Shown: in pieces, positions 41,178 through 50,543 of the stretch
How positions within the stretch are numbered: position 1 is the stretch's first letter
Layout: each line of letters opens with the position of its first letter
From: Candidatus Omnitrophota bacterium
Lineage (GTDB): Bacteria > Omnitrophota > Gorgyraeia > Gygaellales > Profunditerraquicolaceae
Length of the DNA: 64,000 bases
Reading direction: 5' to 3'
Assembly: GCA_043800555.1 (NCBI GenBank)
Contig: JAZDMX010000015.1
Location: forward strand, 19,218 to 83,217
The notes under the pieces: generated by a model
Databases searched by the model: none
What the model saw: the letters and a program-made list of their open reading frames with translations, nothing else
Told to the model about the DNA's origin: nothing
Program-made: the position numbers and the translations under genes

Positions 41178-41992
41178 CTGGGAATCCTTAAACCGTCTTT
41201 CTCGGTAATCGTAATATTCTTTAGTTGCTGGCCGCGCCTTCCCAGGTTAGCAAAGCGTTCTCCGTTGACGATTAATTCTACTGCCGAGGCATTCCCCAAA
41301 GAAAGCTCAACTCTTTCTTTGGCTTTCCAGCTATCTGACCGGCCTTTCTCTAAAACCCTATGCAGGACAACTCGCCCGTCAACTTTAACCAAAACAAGGC
41401 AATTTTCTTTCGCAGCTATAACTAAACTTATACCCCCGCTAGTCTCTTTGGGAAGCTTTACCTCTACAACCTGCGATTTGGTTACCGGAGTTTTGGATTT
41501 TACCTTAGCTTGAGCCCGCGCCCTCTCTTCTTTGAGACGGACAACCGCAGGAGATACCTTTGGCCGCAAAGAAATAAATTTAGCCAGTTTAAATAAAATT
41601 ACCCCAAAGGCAAGGATAATTAATATAGCTATGATTATCTTCCTTATCTTCTTATCCGGCCGCAAAGAATTCAACTTAAGGCCGGCATTTTCCAGAAATG
41701 ACGGCGGTTTTAAGGATTGGCCTTTCTCGGGCGTTTTGAGGATAGTTTTCGGGTCAGCCGGCGCAGGCTCCCTGCAAACAGGAGCACATTCTCTTGAATC
41801 AACGCCTAGAAAATTACAGTAAATCTTTAAGAAACCTTTTAAGTATACCGGGCTTAAATCAGTAAGGCTGTCGCCTTCTATGGCCTTAAGGATATTTACG
41901 TGGATCTTGGTTTTCTTATGGGCTTCTTCAAGGCTTAAGCCTTTTTCCTGGCGTATCTTCTTTAGCTTCTCTCCGATAGGCTCCATAATCAT
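41174..41992 (-). CDS. rodZ: RodZ-like cytoskeleton protein (N-terminal HTH-XRE, single transmembrane segment)
   Basis: N-terminal HTH (LGEKLKKIRQEKGLSLEEAHKKTKIHVNILKAIE). Central transmembrane helix (IIIAILIILAFGVILF). C-terminal beta-rich domain. This is the RodZ architecture. Confidence 0.6.
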   Translation of the reverse strand: MIMEPIGEKLKKIRQEKGLSLEEAHKKTKIHVNILKAIEGDSLTDLSPVYLKGFLKIYCNFLGVDSRECAPVCREPAPADPKTILKTPEKGQSLKPPSFLENAGLKLNSLRPDKKIRKIIIAILIILAFGVILFKLAKFISLRPKVSPAVVRLKEERARAQAKVKSKTPVTKSQVVEVKLPKETSGGISLVIAAKENCLVLVKVDGRVVLHRVLEKGRSDSWKAKERVELSLGNASAVELIVNGERFANLGRRGQQLKNITITEKDGLRIPR

Positions 41993-44145
41993 ATTCCCTT
42001 GTCTTCCAGCCCGGCAATTGAATCTTTAAGCCAAGCCTCGCGGTCGACTAAAATCCTGCGCGGCTTGCTTCCTTCGTAGGGGCCGACTAAACCATCCAGC
42101 TCCATAGTATCGATTATCCGCGCGGCCCGGGTATAGCCTAAACGCATCCTTCTTTGCAATATCGATACCGAAGCCTGGTTACTTTCCATGATAACCTTCA
42201 CCGCTTCATCGTAAAGATCGTCTTTCTCAGCGCCATTTAAACCGGTTTTTTGCTGCTCCTTCACAATATTCTCGTTATAAACCGGCTTTGCTTGTTCCTT
42301 GATAAAACTTACCACTTTATCGATTTCCCTGTCACTCACAAGCGCCCCCTGAATACGGGTCGGTTTTTCATCTCCCGGATTAAGGAAAAGCATATCGCCC
42401 TTACCGAGAAGCTTATCGGCGCCATTCATATCCAAAACAGTGCGCGAATCGACTTTGGAGGCGACCTTAAAAGATATGCGCGCCGGAAGGTTTGCTTTAA
42501 TAACGCCGGTGATGACATTTACCGACGGCCGCTGAGTAGCCAATATAAGATGAATGCCTACTGCGCGGGCCAACTGCGCCAAACGCTGCACTGCGGTTTC
42601 AATCTGATCCGGCATAACAATCATTAAATCCGCGAATTCATCCACAACAACCACGATATAAGGAAGCCTTTCTCCCTTATCATTGTAACTTTCGATATTC
42701 CTTGTCCCGGCCTTGGATAAAAGGCGGTAACGCTCTTCCATCTCGTTAACTACCCAATTAAGTGCCGCGGCAGCTTTTTTTGCCTCCGTTACCAAGGGGC
42801 ACAAAAGATGCGGAAGGTCATTAAACGGCATTAACTCGACCATTTTAGGGTCAATCATCACAAATTTCAAATCTGAGGGAGAATTCCTGTAAAGAAGCGA
42901 TAAAATCAAAGAATTAATACAAACTGTCTTGCCTGAGCCGGTAGTTCCGGCAATCAATAGATGCGGCATATCCTCGAGTTCGGCTACGATAGTTTTACCC
43001 GCGATATCCTTGCCTAAAACAATGGATAAATTTGACTTGGCCTTCTGGAACGGTTCTGAAGCAAGGACTTCTTTAAGATAAACCAGGCTGCTTTGAGTAT
43101 TCGGGACCTCGATGCCAACCCTGTCTTTCCCGGGAATGGGCGCTATGATCCTGACTGACTGCGCCTTCATGCTCAAGGCGATATCATCTCCCAGGGATTC
43201 GATACGGCTGACCTTTACCCCCGGAGCCGGCTCAAGCTCATAACGGGTTATTACCGGCCCACGCTCGATATCCGTGACCTTGACTGAAATGCCAAAATCT
43301 TCCAGCGTCTCCGCCAGAATCCTTGCGTTTGCTTCCAACCCCCCTTTTATCTGGCGCGCTTCCAAAGGCGGCGGAGAATCAAGCAGGTCCAAAGAAGGAA
43401 GGTGATAATCTCCGGCCTTTAGCTCCTGAGGTTTAAGCTTTGCTTCCGGGGCAGGCTTGGCCTTAATCTGTATCTTTGGTTTTAAAACAAAGGCTTCTTG
43501 AGGACCGGCTATCTTCGGCTTAGGTAAAACCTGCTCAATCCTGGGTAAAATCGATTTTACCTTAACCGGGACGGCTTTTTCTCTTTTCTCGCGTTTAAAA
43601 ATACCCGCGAATAATTCTTTGGCCCTGTTTAGCGCGTTAGCGAATAAAGAAGAAAGCAATGTTTCGGTAACAAGCGCCAAAGACAATAAAATAAAGGTGG
43701 TAAAAATAATGAAACCGCCTAAGCGGCTAAAATAGGTAGTGATGAATTTGGGAAGCAGAGACCCGAAGAGGCCCGAATAATAAAACCTGACCGCCTCATT
43801 ATTCAGGTTAAACATTCCGATTAATGAAGCGATCGAAATCAACAAAACAAACATCCCTAATAGCCTGGGAATGCTTAAGTATGGCTTCTCCTGACGGAAG
43901 AATTTAACGCCAAATAGAATAACTAACGCCGGCAGGACAAAACTCGTCGGCCTGCCGAATAAAAATATGATTATTTCGCCTAAGTATGCTCCGAATATGC
44001 CTAAAAGATTTTTGGGGGGATAATTGGGAGGCGAGGCATAAAACGGCAGGTCAAGTCGCTCAAATCTCAAGAGGCTGGCTAAAACCATTAGCCCCAGCGC
44101 AACCAAAATAACGCCTTTTACTTCATTGAGTCTTCTTTCTCTCAC
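41989..44145 (-). CDS. ftsK: DNA translocase FtsK/SpoIIIE
   Basis: N-terminal transmembrane helices, a long linker, a RecA-like motor with Walker A GTTGSGKTV, and a C-terminal winged-helix gamma domain. Confidence 0.95.
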   Translation of the reverse strand: MRERRLNEVKGVILVALGLMVLASLLRFERLDLPFYASPPNYPPKNLLGIFGAYLGEIIIFLFGRPTSFVLPALVILFGVKFFRQEKPYLSIPRLLGMFVLLISIASLIGMFNLNNEAVRFYYSGLFGSLLPKFITTYFSRLGGFIIFTTFILLSLALVTETLLSSLFANALNRAKELFAGIFKREKREKAVPVKVKSILPRIEQVLPKPKIAGPQEAFVLKPKIQIKAKPAPEAKLKPQELKAGDYHLPSLDLLDSPPPLEARQIKGGLEANARILAETLEDFGISVKVTDIERGPVITRYELEPAPGVKVSRIESLGDDIALSMKAQSVRIIAPIPGKDRVGIEVPNTQSSLVYLKEVLASEPFQKAKSNLSIVLGKDIAGKTIVAELEDMPHLLIAGTTGSGKTVCINSLILSLLYRNSPSDLKFVMIDPKMVELMPFNDLPHLLCPLVTEAKKAAAALNWVVNEMEERYRLLSKAGTRNIESYNDKGERLPYIVVVVDEFADLMIVMPDQIETAVQRLAQLARAVGIHLILATQRPSVNVITGVIKANLPARISFKVASKVDSRTVLDMNGADKLLGKGDMLFLNPGDEKPTRIQGALVSDREIDKVVSFIKEQAKPVYNENIVKEQQKTGLNGAEKDDLYDEAVKVIMESNQASVSILQRRMRLGYTRAARIIDTMELDGLVGPYEGSKPRRILVDREAWLKDSIAGLEDKGI

Positions 44146-44147
44146 TT

Positions 44148-46235
44148 TTACTTGTTGTCAACGGCTTCGGCCTGTTTCTTGCTCAGGTTGATCCTGCCTA
44201 ATTCATCTATGCCAATGACTTTAACTTTTATTTCATCGCCGATCTTGACTACTTCTTCGACATTCTTAACGAATTTATCCGATAACTCCGAGACATGGAC
44301 CAATCCTTCTTTGCGCGGGGCAATCTCGCAAAAAGCGCCAAAGGCCATAATCCGCTTTACTTTAGCTATATATACCCGGCCGACTTCCACATCATCGGTA
44401 ATAGCTTTAATCATCTTGATTGCCGCCTCCGACTTGGCGGCATCAGTCGAACCAACCAAAACAGTCCCGTCATCTTGGATGTCGACGCTAGCGCCGGTTG
44501 CGGCAATAATCGCTTTTATGTTTTTACCCCCCGGGCCGATCAATTCACCGATCTTCTCGGTATTGATCTTAACGACATCGATGCGCGGGGCATAAACCGA
44601 CAGTTCTTCGCGCGGAACGGTTAAAGCTGAATTCATTTTATCCAGAATAAATAACCTGCCCTCATTGGCTTGAGTTAAACATTTCTCAAGCAAGGATACA
44701 TTGATTCCGTCAATCTTTAAATCCAGTTGAACCGCGGTAACGCCTTTTCTTGTACCGGCTACCTTAAAATCCATATCGCCAAAGTGGTCTTCCAAACCAG
44801 CGATATCCGTTAACACAAGGGCTTGATCGGCCTCCTTAATCAAGCCGAGGGCGATTCCGGCAACTGTATCTTTAATCGGGACTCCCGCGTCCATTAAGGA
44901 CAAAGAAGACGCGCACACCGTAGCCATACTCGAAGAACCGTTTGACTCCAGGATCTCGGAAACGACTCTTATCGTATAAGGGAATTTCTCTTTTGAGGGA
45001 ATTACGGCAAGCAAAGCCTTCTCTGCCAGGGCTCCATGGCCGATCTCGCGCCTTCCCGGGCCGCGAACAGGCCCGGTTTCACCCACGCTAAAAGGAGGAA
45101 AAGTATAATGCAGCATAAAAGACTTGGATTTTTCTCCCTCCAAGGCCTCGATCATCTGCTCGTCTTCGCCTGTGCCTAAAGTTACAATCGCTAAACTCTG
45201 GGTTTGTCCGCGGGTAAATAAGCTTGAGCCGTGCGTCCTCGGAAGGACAGAAACCTCGCAGGTAATCGGCCGGATTTCTTTAAGCGACCTTCCGTCAACG
45301 CGGACGCCTTCGGTAATGATCTTATTCCTTACCTGCTCTTTCTCCACCTCTGAAAGAGCCATCTTGACGTCCTCGGCAGAAAAACCCTCTTGCGTCAATT
45401 TTTCTTCCAGCTCTTTAGCCAGTAAATGCACGGCTTCTTCGCGCTCTTCCTTTTTGCCTAATTTATAAACTTCGCTTAATCTGGAATTGGCTGCTTCTTC
45501 CACCTTTGCCAGTAAATCCGGAGCTATCTTCTTAAATTCGATTTTTGCTTTAGGCTTGCCATATTTAGCGATAAACTCTTCCTGCATATGAATAAGCTCT
45601 TTAAGATGGGACTGCCCGAATTTAACCGCCTCAATATAATCTGCCTCAGAAACTTCCTTGGCCTTTGATTCCAGCATTACCACGCCTTTGTTATTAGCGG
45701 CAATAACTACCTCTAAATCCGCATTCTCCCATTCGGCATAAACAGGATTGATAACCAGTTCGTTGTTTACCCTGGCCACACGGACGCAGGCGAGCGGCCC
45801 ATTAAAAGGAATATCGGAAATACCCAGGGCGATAGATGCGCCGTTCACGGCTAAAACATCGGGGTCATTCTCGCCGTCGCTAGATAAAACAATCGCCATA
45901 ACCTGCACATCATTTAATAAGCCTTTTGGGAAAAGCGGCCTGATGGGACGGTCAATCAAACGGGCTGTCAAAATCTCGCTCTCCGAAGGCCTTCCTTCCC
46001 GCTTAAAGAATCCTCCGGGTATACGGCCGGCCGCGTAAGTCTTTTCCTGGTATTCTACGGTTAAAGGGAAAAAATCCCGCCCCTCTTTTATCTGGCGGGA
46101 CATACAAGCAGTAACCAGCACAACGGTCCCGCCATAACTGATAGTTACCGAACCATTTGCCTGTTTGGCTATTTTTCCCGTTCCCAAGGTACAATCAAGC
46201 CTGCCAAATTTGAATTTTAAGGTATTATTTTGCAT
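44148..46235 (-). CDS. pnp: polyribonucleotide nucleotidyltransferase (PNPase)
   Basis: 695 aa: two RNase PH domains, KH and S1 domains. It lies downstream of rpsO in the classic rpsO-pnp arrangement. Confidence 0.97.
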   Translation of the reverse strand: MQNNTLKFKFGRLDCTLGTGKIAKQANGSVTISYGGTVVLVTACMSRQIKEGRDFFPLTVEYQEKTYAAGRIPGGFFKREGRPSESEILTARLIDRPIRPLFPKGLLNDVQVMAIVLSSDGENDPDVLAVNGASIALGISDIPFNGPLACVRVARVNNELVINPVYAEWENADLEVVIAANNKGVVMLESKAKEVSEADYIEAVKFGQSHLKELIHMQEEFIAKYGKPKAKIEFKKIAPDLLAKVEEAANSRLSEVYKLGKKEEREEAVHLLAKELEEKLTQEGFSAEDVKMALSEVEKEQVRNKIITEGVRVDGRSLKEIRPITCEVSVLPRTHGSSLFTRGQTQSLAIVTLGTGEDEQMIEALEGEKSKSFMLHYTFPPFSVGETGPVRGPGRREIGHGALAEKALLAVIPSKEKFPYTIRVVSEILESNGSSSMATVCASSLSLMDAGVPIKDTVAGIALGLIKEADQALVLTDIAGLEDHFGDMDFKVAGTRKGVTAVQLDLKIDGINVSLLEKCLTQANEGRLFILDKMNSALTVPREELSVYAPRIDVVKINTEKIGELIGPGGKNIKAIIAATGASVDIQDDGTVLVGSTDAAKSEAAIKMIKAITDDVEVGRVYIAKVKRIMAFGAFCEIAPRKEGLVHVSELSDKFVKNVEEVVKIGDEIKVKVIGIDELGRINLSKKQAEAVDNK

Positions 46236-46260
46236 AATATTTTTAGGATGAAACCTCGAT

Positions 46261-46530
46261 TTATTTTCTCAAGGAAAGTTTCCCCAGTATCGCTTCGTAT
46301 TTCTTGGAGTCTTTCTTTTTGAGATAGTTGAGGAGTTTGCGGCGCGTGCCTACAAGTGAAAGCAACCCGCGACGAGAATGAAAATCTTTTTTATGGAGCC
46401 TGAAATGTTCTCCCAATAGATTGATCCTCTCAGTCAAAATCGCAATCTGCACCTCAGCTGAGCCTGTATCTCTGGCATTGACCTTAAAGTCTTCGATAAT
46501 CTTAGCTTTCTTTTCTTTTACCAAAACCAA
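46261..46530 (-). CDS. rpsO: 30S ribosomal protein S15
   Basis: 89 aa ([37 protein letters not shown]). It has a TTG start with a GGAGGTGA Shine-Dalgarno sequence 9 nt upstream. Confidence 0.95.
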   Translation of the reverse strand: MVLVKEKKAKIIEDFKVNARDTGSAEVQIAILTERINLLGEHFRLHKKDFHSRRGLLSLVGTRRKLLNYLKKKDSKKYEAILGKLSLRK

Positions 46531-46563
46531 ACTTACTCACCTCCTTCTATATACAAGAGTTAT

Positions 46564-46592
46564 ATTATACGGCATTTTAGCCGTTAAGTCAA
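46564..46592 (-). promoter_or_regulatory. consensus sigma-70 promoter of rpsO (-35 TTGACT, 17 nt, -10 TATAAT)
   Basis: Minus strand: cgTTGACTtaacggctaaaatgccgTATAATataactc. The spacing is perfect and it is followed by an SD-containing leader. Confidence 0.8.
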
Positions 46593-46605
46593 CGAATTCG
46601 CTTAT

Positions 46606-46737
46606 TTATTTTTCTCAAGCTCCCCTTTAATCTTATCCAGCTTATTTAACACCAATACAGTAAAAACCACAAGCCAGACAGTTAACCCCAAAGATATAAG
46701 CCCGCTTATTAAACTTACTCCGCTTGCCATTTATTGC
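46606..46737 (-). CDS. hypothetical 43-aa single-transmembrane protein
   Basis: My translation: MASGVSLISGLISLGLTVWLVVFTVLVLNKLDKIKGELEKNK. It is preceded by AGGAGGcaataaATG. It is below the track's length cutoff. Confidence 0.35.
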
Positions 46738-46799
46738 CTCCTATTGCTTAAACAGTATATTAATAATATTAACACAAGAGCCGGCAACAAACAACAATT

Positions 46800-46961
46800 T
46801 TATTGCTTTACTTCCTGCTCCTCCACAAATTTCTTGATCTCGTCAAAATTCTCCAAAATGAGCCGCGCCTTGCTTAAGCCGAACGAAAAAGGATACTGGT
46901 CATTTTCGTCTCTCTTTATAACCAAAACAGGTTTACCCTTGAATTCGCTTCTCTCAACCAT
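46800..46961 (-). CDS. small hypothetical protein, possibly PC4/YdbC-like ssDNA-binding fold
   Basis: The likely start is the internal ATG preceded by AAGGAGGaagata, giving MVERSEFKGKPVLVIKRDENDQYPFSFGLSKARLILENFDEIKKFVEEQ. It resembles the PC4 core (FKGK.L.DIRE...G.SL....W..L). The assignment is tentative. Confidence 0.35.
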   Translation of the reverse strand: MVERSEFKGKPVLVIKRDENDQYPFSFGLSKARLILENFDEIKKFVEEQEVKQ

Positions 46962-47204
46962 TATCTTCCTCCTTGATTTATCCGCCACAAGCAATAAGCT
47001 TTAAATCTAGTTTCGCTATCACCGCAGGCGTCTTCATTATTCGCCCTTACCCCGGGCTGAGGCCCGAAACAAGAAACCAAAGCTTCAAACGGCCAAAACA
47101 TAAGCTTAAAATCCAACCGCCCCAGCTCAGCGCAAAGACAGCTTCCTTATTTCTTGCCATAAGCACTTTATTTTAGCTTAAAAACAAATTAATACAATTA
47201 CTAT

Positions 47205-47372
47205 TTACCGGCCTTCTTTTTTGTTGCTCCTGCGCAGGGCTTTGACCATGCGCTCGCGCGCTTGGGTAGGGGTATTTCCTTCAGTAAGATGCTCGCAACA
47301 AACCGCGGCGTACCCTTTACGATTTTTAATCCTGAAAATACACACCTTCAGGTGCCCTATCTTTGTCTCCAC
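47205..47372 (-). CDS. hypothetical 55-aa basic protein (GTG start)
   Basis: My translation: VETKIGHLKVCIFRIKNRKGYAAVCCEHLTEGNTPTQARERMVKALRRSNKKEGR. GGGGGTG lies upstream. Codon usage is plausible and there is no family match. It sits directly upstream of the helicase-nuclease gene. Confidence 0.25.
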   Translation of the reverse strand: METKIGHLKVCIFRIKNRKGYAAVCCEHLTEGNTPTQARERMVKALRRSNKKEGR

Positions 47373-47390
47373 ATTCACCCCCTTTGAGGC

Positions 47391-50297
47391 TCAAAACATC
47401 CTGGCAAATGGACAAATCTGGTTATAAGCGCAATAACTACAGGCCATATACGCAGGCGTAGCCTCAAACTCCTGCTTACGGATCCCCCCGGCAACTTCCC
47501 TTATTTTAGCCTTTATCGTATCCAAATCCCTATCTTCGATTTTATGGCTTCCGGTAAGGCTGGGCTCCAGGAAATAAAGTTCAACCCGGCTGGGAAGCTT
47601 GCCAAAAATACTCTGATAGGCCAAGGCATAAAGCGAAAGCTGCAGGCTTTCGGAAGCCTTCTTATCTGCGGCCTTTTGCGCCTTAACTTCCGAAGTCTTA
47701 AAATCAACAATTACTGCCCCGGATTCAATCTCATCTACGCGGTCAAACCTGCCGGTGATCTTATTTCCCTCAAACATAAATGAAAAATCTTTTTCGATAA
47801 ACTTTGGAAGCAACGCGCCTTCTTCTTTATGGAAAAAACGGCTTAACGCGGTTACGCCAACACGGAAACGCTCTTCTTGATGGGCCTTATCTAAAAACCC
47901 TTGGGGATCAAAGCTTGCCTTAAAAATGCCCAAAAAATCGTTCAATTCCATCTTCTTTCCTGCCAACCGGTGCTGGTAGAATTTAGTTACCGCTTCGTGC
48001 ATTGCCCGGCCGTAAATAACCGTATGGTGCTCCATAATCGGCACGCGCAGGATATTTACGTATTTATATTTAAGCGGGCAGGTCAGGTAATCATCGATTT
48101 GATAATAAGTCAGGTGGACAGCCAGGGCTTCGTTAAACTTCTTTAATACCGGTTTAACCGAATCTTTTTTAGGAGCAAAACGCTGGATCGCCTCCAGGCT
48201 ACTGGCCTTTTTCTTTTCTTTTTCTTTGGCTTCAATGCCTAATGCCTCAAATACAAACTGGCTTACCCGGCGCAGGCGCTTACCGCCGTAATCTTGGGCG
48301 CTGGTTAAATATAATTCTTCTTTTGCGCGGGTAAGCCCTACATAAAAAAGCCTGCGCTCCTCCTGAATATGAAAATCTCCCGTGGGCAGGACTTCCTTCA
48401 TTAAAGGATCCGGAAGCTCAATTGCTTGTGAGCGGCGCGGCCACGGGAAACGGCCCTGCACAAGGCTTACCAGGAATACAACCCTGAATTCAAGGCCTTT
48501 GGCCTTGTGTATTGTCAGGATATTCACCGCGTCAGTATCGAGGTCTGCTTCGGCTGTCGGCGGATCGTCGCCGGCTTCAATCAACAGATTAAGGTAATTC
48601 ACAAAACTGATTGCCCGGTCCTCTTTCGCCACTAGCTCAAAATCGCGCACATTATTAAAAAACTTGGCGATATTCTGGATCTTGGTTTCATTTTCCAGGT
48701 TTTGATCCGCAGTTAGTTTTCTTAAATAACCCGTGCCGGTCAAAAACGCGTAAAGCAGCCTGCCGGTCGTTTCCTCCCGGGATATCTTAAGAAATTTCTC
48801 CAGATCCGCCAGAATCTTTTCAATTTTTTCGCGGGCCTTCTCTCCTATTCCCCTTAATTCATCTATTGCGGCTACCTCCGTGAAAACTGAATATAAAGGC
48901 TTATTCCTGCGCCGGGCATAATGGCTGCAGGCGTTAAGATCAACCAGATTCAGCCCATATATCTCAGAGCTGACCAAATAATGCAGGCTCAAAGAGTCGG
49001 ATAGATTCGCCACTACCCTTAAGAAATTAATGCATAGCTTTACCTCTTCCCTGGAATAAAGCCCCTGATTTCCGCTAAATTGCCAAGGGATCTCCTCTAA
49101 ATTCAGCGCTTGGATAAAGGGCCCGCCATCGGAATTCGAACGGACTAAAATCGCAAAGTCATTGTATTTAAAATCACCGGATTTAACCTTATCCTTGATG
49201 ATCTTTGCCACATTGTCCGCTTCGGTAGAGATTGTATCAAAATTCAGATGCACCGGGCCTTTCCCCTCTTTTGAAACCCCGATCAAATGCTTGTTTATAT
49301 TTGCCTTGACTTCAAAACGTTCGGGGTTATTTTTCTGGATCAATCGATAAGCAGAATCAAGGATTGGCTGTGTCGAGCGGTAGTTCTGAATAAGGCTGAT
49401 TTTTTTAGCTTCGGGGAATTCTTCGATGAAATTTAAAACATTGCTGTAGGCTGCTCCGCGCCAGCGATAAATGCACTGGTCATCATCTGCCACAACATTG
49501 ATATTCTTATAACAGGCGGACAATAAATTGACAATCTCAAACTGGGTAAAATTCGTATCCTGGAACTCATCAACCAAAATATACTTGAATTGCTCCCGGT
49601 ATTTCTTTAAGATCGCCGGATGCGTTCTCAAAAGATTCAAGGCCAGATAAAACTGATTGCCGAAATCAAGCAGGCTTTCTTTGGCCAAAAGCTCCTGATA
49701 TTTGGCATAAGCATAAGCAACTTCTGCCTGCTGGATGGCTTCTTCCTGAAGCGCTAAATCATCAGGGTCCTCCTTGGCTCTTAAACTTAGCTCTTGAGCA
49801 AATCTGATATATTCTCCGGGCGAGATATCTTCATCTTTGGCGCGGCTAAAAAGCTGAATAAGGGCTTCGATAAAACGCGTGGGCTCAGCCAGCGGCCGGA
49901 AATAATCTAAATTAAACTCAAAAATATGCTCGCGGAAAAATACCGCGGCTTCAGCCTGGGTCAAAACTTTAAAATCCGGGTTTAGCCCGGCAATAATGGC
50001 GTTTTCGCGCAGGAGCTTATCGCCAAAGGCATGAAAAGTGGAAATCCAGATATCCGTATAACCATAAGGGACTAACTCGTCCACCCGATCCTGCATCTGG
50101 CGGGCGGCTTTATCCGTAAAGGTAAGCGCTAAGATTTCATTGGTCTTAGATAAACCTTCGGACAATAGCCAGGCAATGCGCCGGGTAATAACCGTAGTTT
50201 TGCCTGTCCCTGCGCCGGCAATAATCAAAAGCGGCCCTTCTCTATGCGTAACCGCTTCTTCCTGCTCCTTATTCAACCCTTCTAAGATATTATGCAC
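47391..50297 (-). CDS. UvrD/PcrA-family ATP-dependent DNA helicase fused to a C-terminal Cas4/AddB-type PD-(D/E)xK nuclease domain with a Cys4 iron-sulfur cluster
   Basis: N-terminal Walker A AGAGTGKTTVITRR. SF1 helicase motifs run through about residue 700. The C-terminus carries DYLTCPLKY, GRFDRVD...VIVDFKTS (D/ExK), QLSLYALAY, and ACSYCAYNQICP. This is the RecB-family nuclease with FeS cysteines. Confidence 0.85.
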   Translation of the reverse strand: MHNILEGLNKEQEEAVTHREGPLLIIAGAGTGKTTVITRRIAWLLSEGLSKTNEILALTFTDKAARQMQDRVDELVPYGYTDIWISTFHAFGDKLLRENAIIAGLNPDFKVLTQAEAAVFFREHIFEFNLDYFRPLAEPTRFIEALIQLFSRAKDEDISPGEYIRFAQELSLRAKEDPDDLALQEEAIQQAEVAYAYAKYQELLAKESLLDFGNQFYLALNLLRTHPAILKKYREQFKYILVDEFQDTNFTQFEIVNLLSACYKNINVVADDDQCIYRWRGAAYSNVLNFIEEFPEAKKISLIQNYRSTQPILDSAYRLIQKNNPERFEVKANINKHLIGVSKEGKGPVHLNFDTISTEADNVAKIIKDKVKSGDFKYNDFAILVRSNSDGGPFIQALNLEEIPWQFSGNQGLYSREEVKLCINFLRVVANLSDSLSLHYLVSSEIYGLNLVDLNACSHYARRRNKPLYSVFTEVAAIDELRGIGEKAREKIEKILADLEKFLKISREETTGRLLYAFLTGTGYLRKLTADQNLENETKIQNIAKFFNNVRDFELVAKEDRAISFVNYLNLLIEAGDDPPTAEADLDTDAVNILTIHKAKGLEFRVVFLVSLVQGRFPWPRRSQAIELPDPLMKEVLPTGDFHIQEERRLFYVGLTRAKEELYLTSAQDYGGKRLRRVSQFVFEALGIEAKEKEKKKASSLEAIQRFAPKKDSVKPVLKKFNEALAVHLTYYQIDDYLTCPLKYKYVNILRVPIMEHHTVIYGRAMHEAVTKFYQHRLAGKKMELNDFLGIFKASFDPQGFLDKAHQEERFRVGVTALSRFFHKEEGALLPKFIEKDFSFMFEGNKITGRFDRVDEIESGAVIVDFKTSEVKAQKAADKKASESLQLSLYALAYQSIFGKLPSRVELYFLEPSLTGSHKIEDRDLDTIKAKIREVAGGIRKQEFEATPAYMACSYCAYNQICPFARMF

Positions 50298-50486
50298 AAT
50301 TTATTTTTTCCCTAAATGCCCCTGTCAAGCTTTCCGCTCAAGTAGATTTTCCTTTCGGGCCGCCATATGTATGTATAGCCTGATACAACGCCCTTTAGCG
50401 GGTGTCGAGGACGCCTGGAGCAGGGCGCTTTGCAGGCCAAGCGGGCATGATTATCCGCGATAAATGCCTCGCTAGTTTATTTTACC

Positions 50487-50514
50487 TTGACAATGCTGCT
50501 TTTTCAAGTATACT
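50487..50514 (+). promoter_or_regulatory. sigma-70 promoter of rpmB (-35 TTGACA, 16 nt, -10 TATACT)
   Basis: Sequence: ccTTGACAatgctgctttttcaagTATACTtagtaactaataattAAGGAGtggtaaaaATG. Confidence 0.65.
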
Positions 50515-50543
50515 TAGTAACTAATAATTAAGGAGTGGTAAAA

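Noticed and set aside
47047-47160. 37-aa minus-strand ORF (MARNKEAVFALSWGGWILSLCFGRLKLWFLVSGLSPG)
   Set aside because: It has no recognisable Shine-Dalgarno sequence and its composition is odd. It lies within the rpsO-helicase spacer and may be non-coding, so I did not list it as a feature.
47221-47427. 68-aa plus-strand ORF
   Set aside because: It is Arg/Phe-rich and lies antisense to the better-supported 55-aa minus-strand candidate and the 3' end of the helicase gene.
50140-50463. 107-aa plus-strand ORF
   Set aside because: It spans the helicase start and the divergent promoter region. It is Ser/Cys/Pro-rich with no ribosome-binding site.
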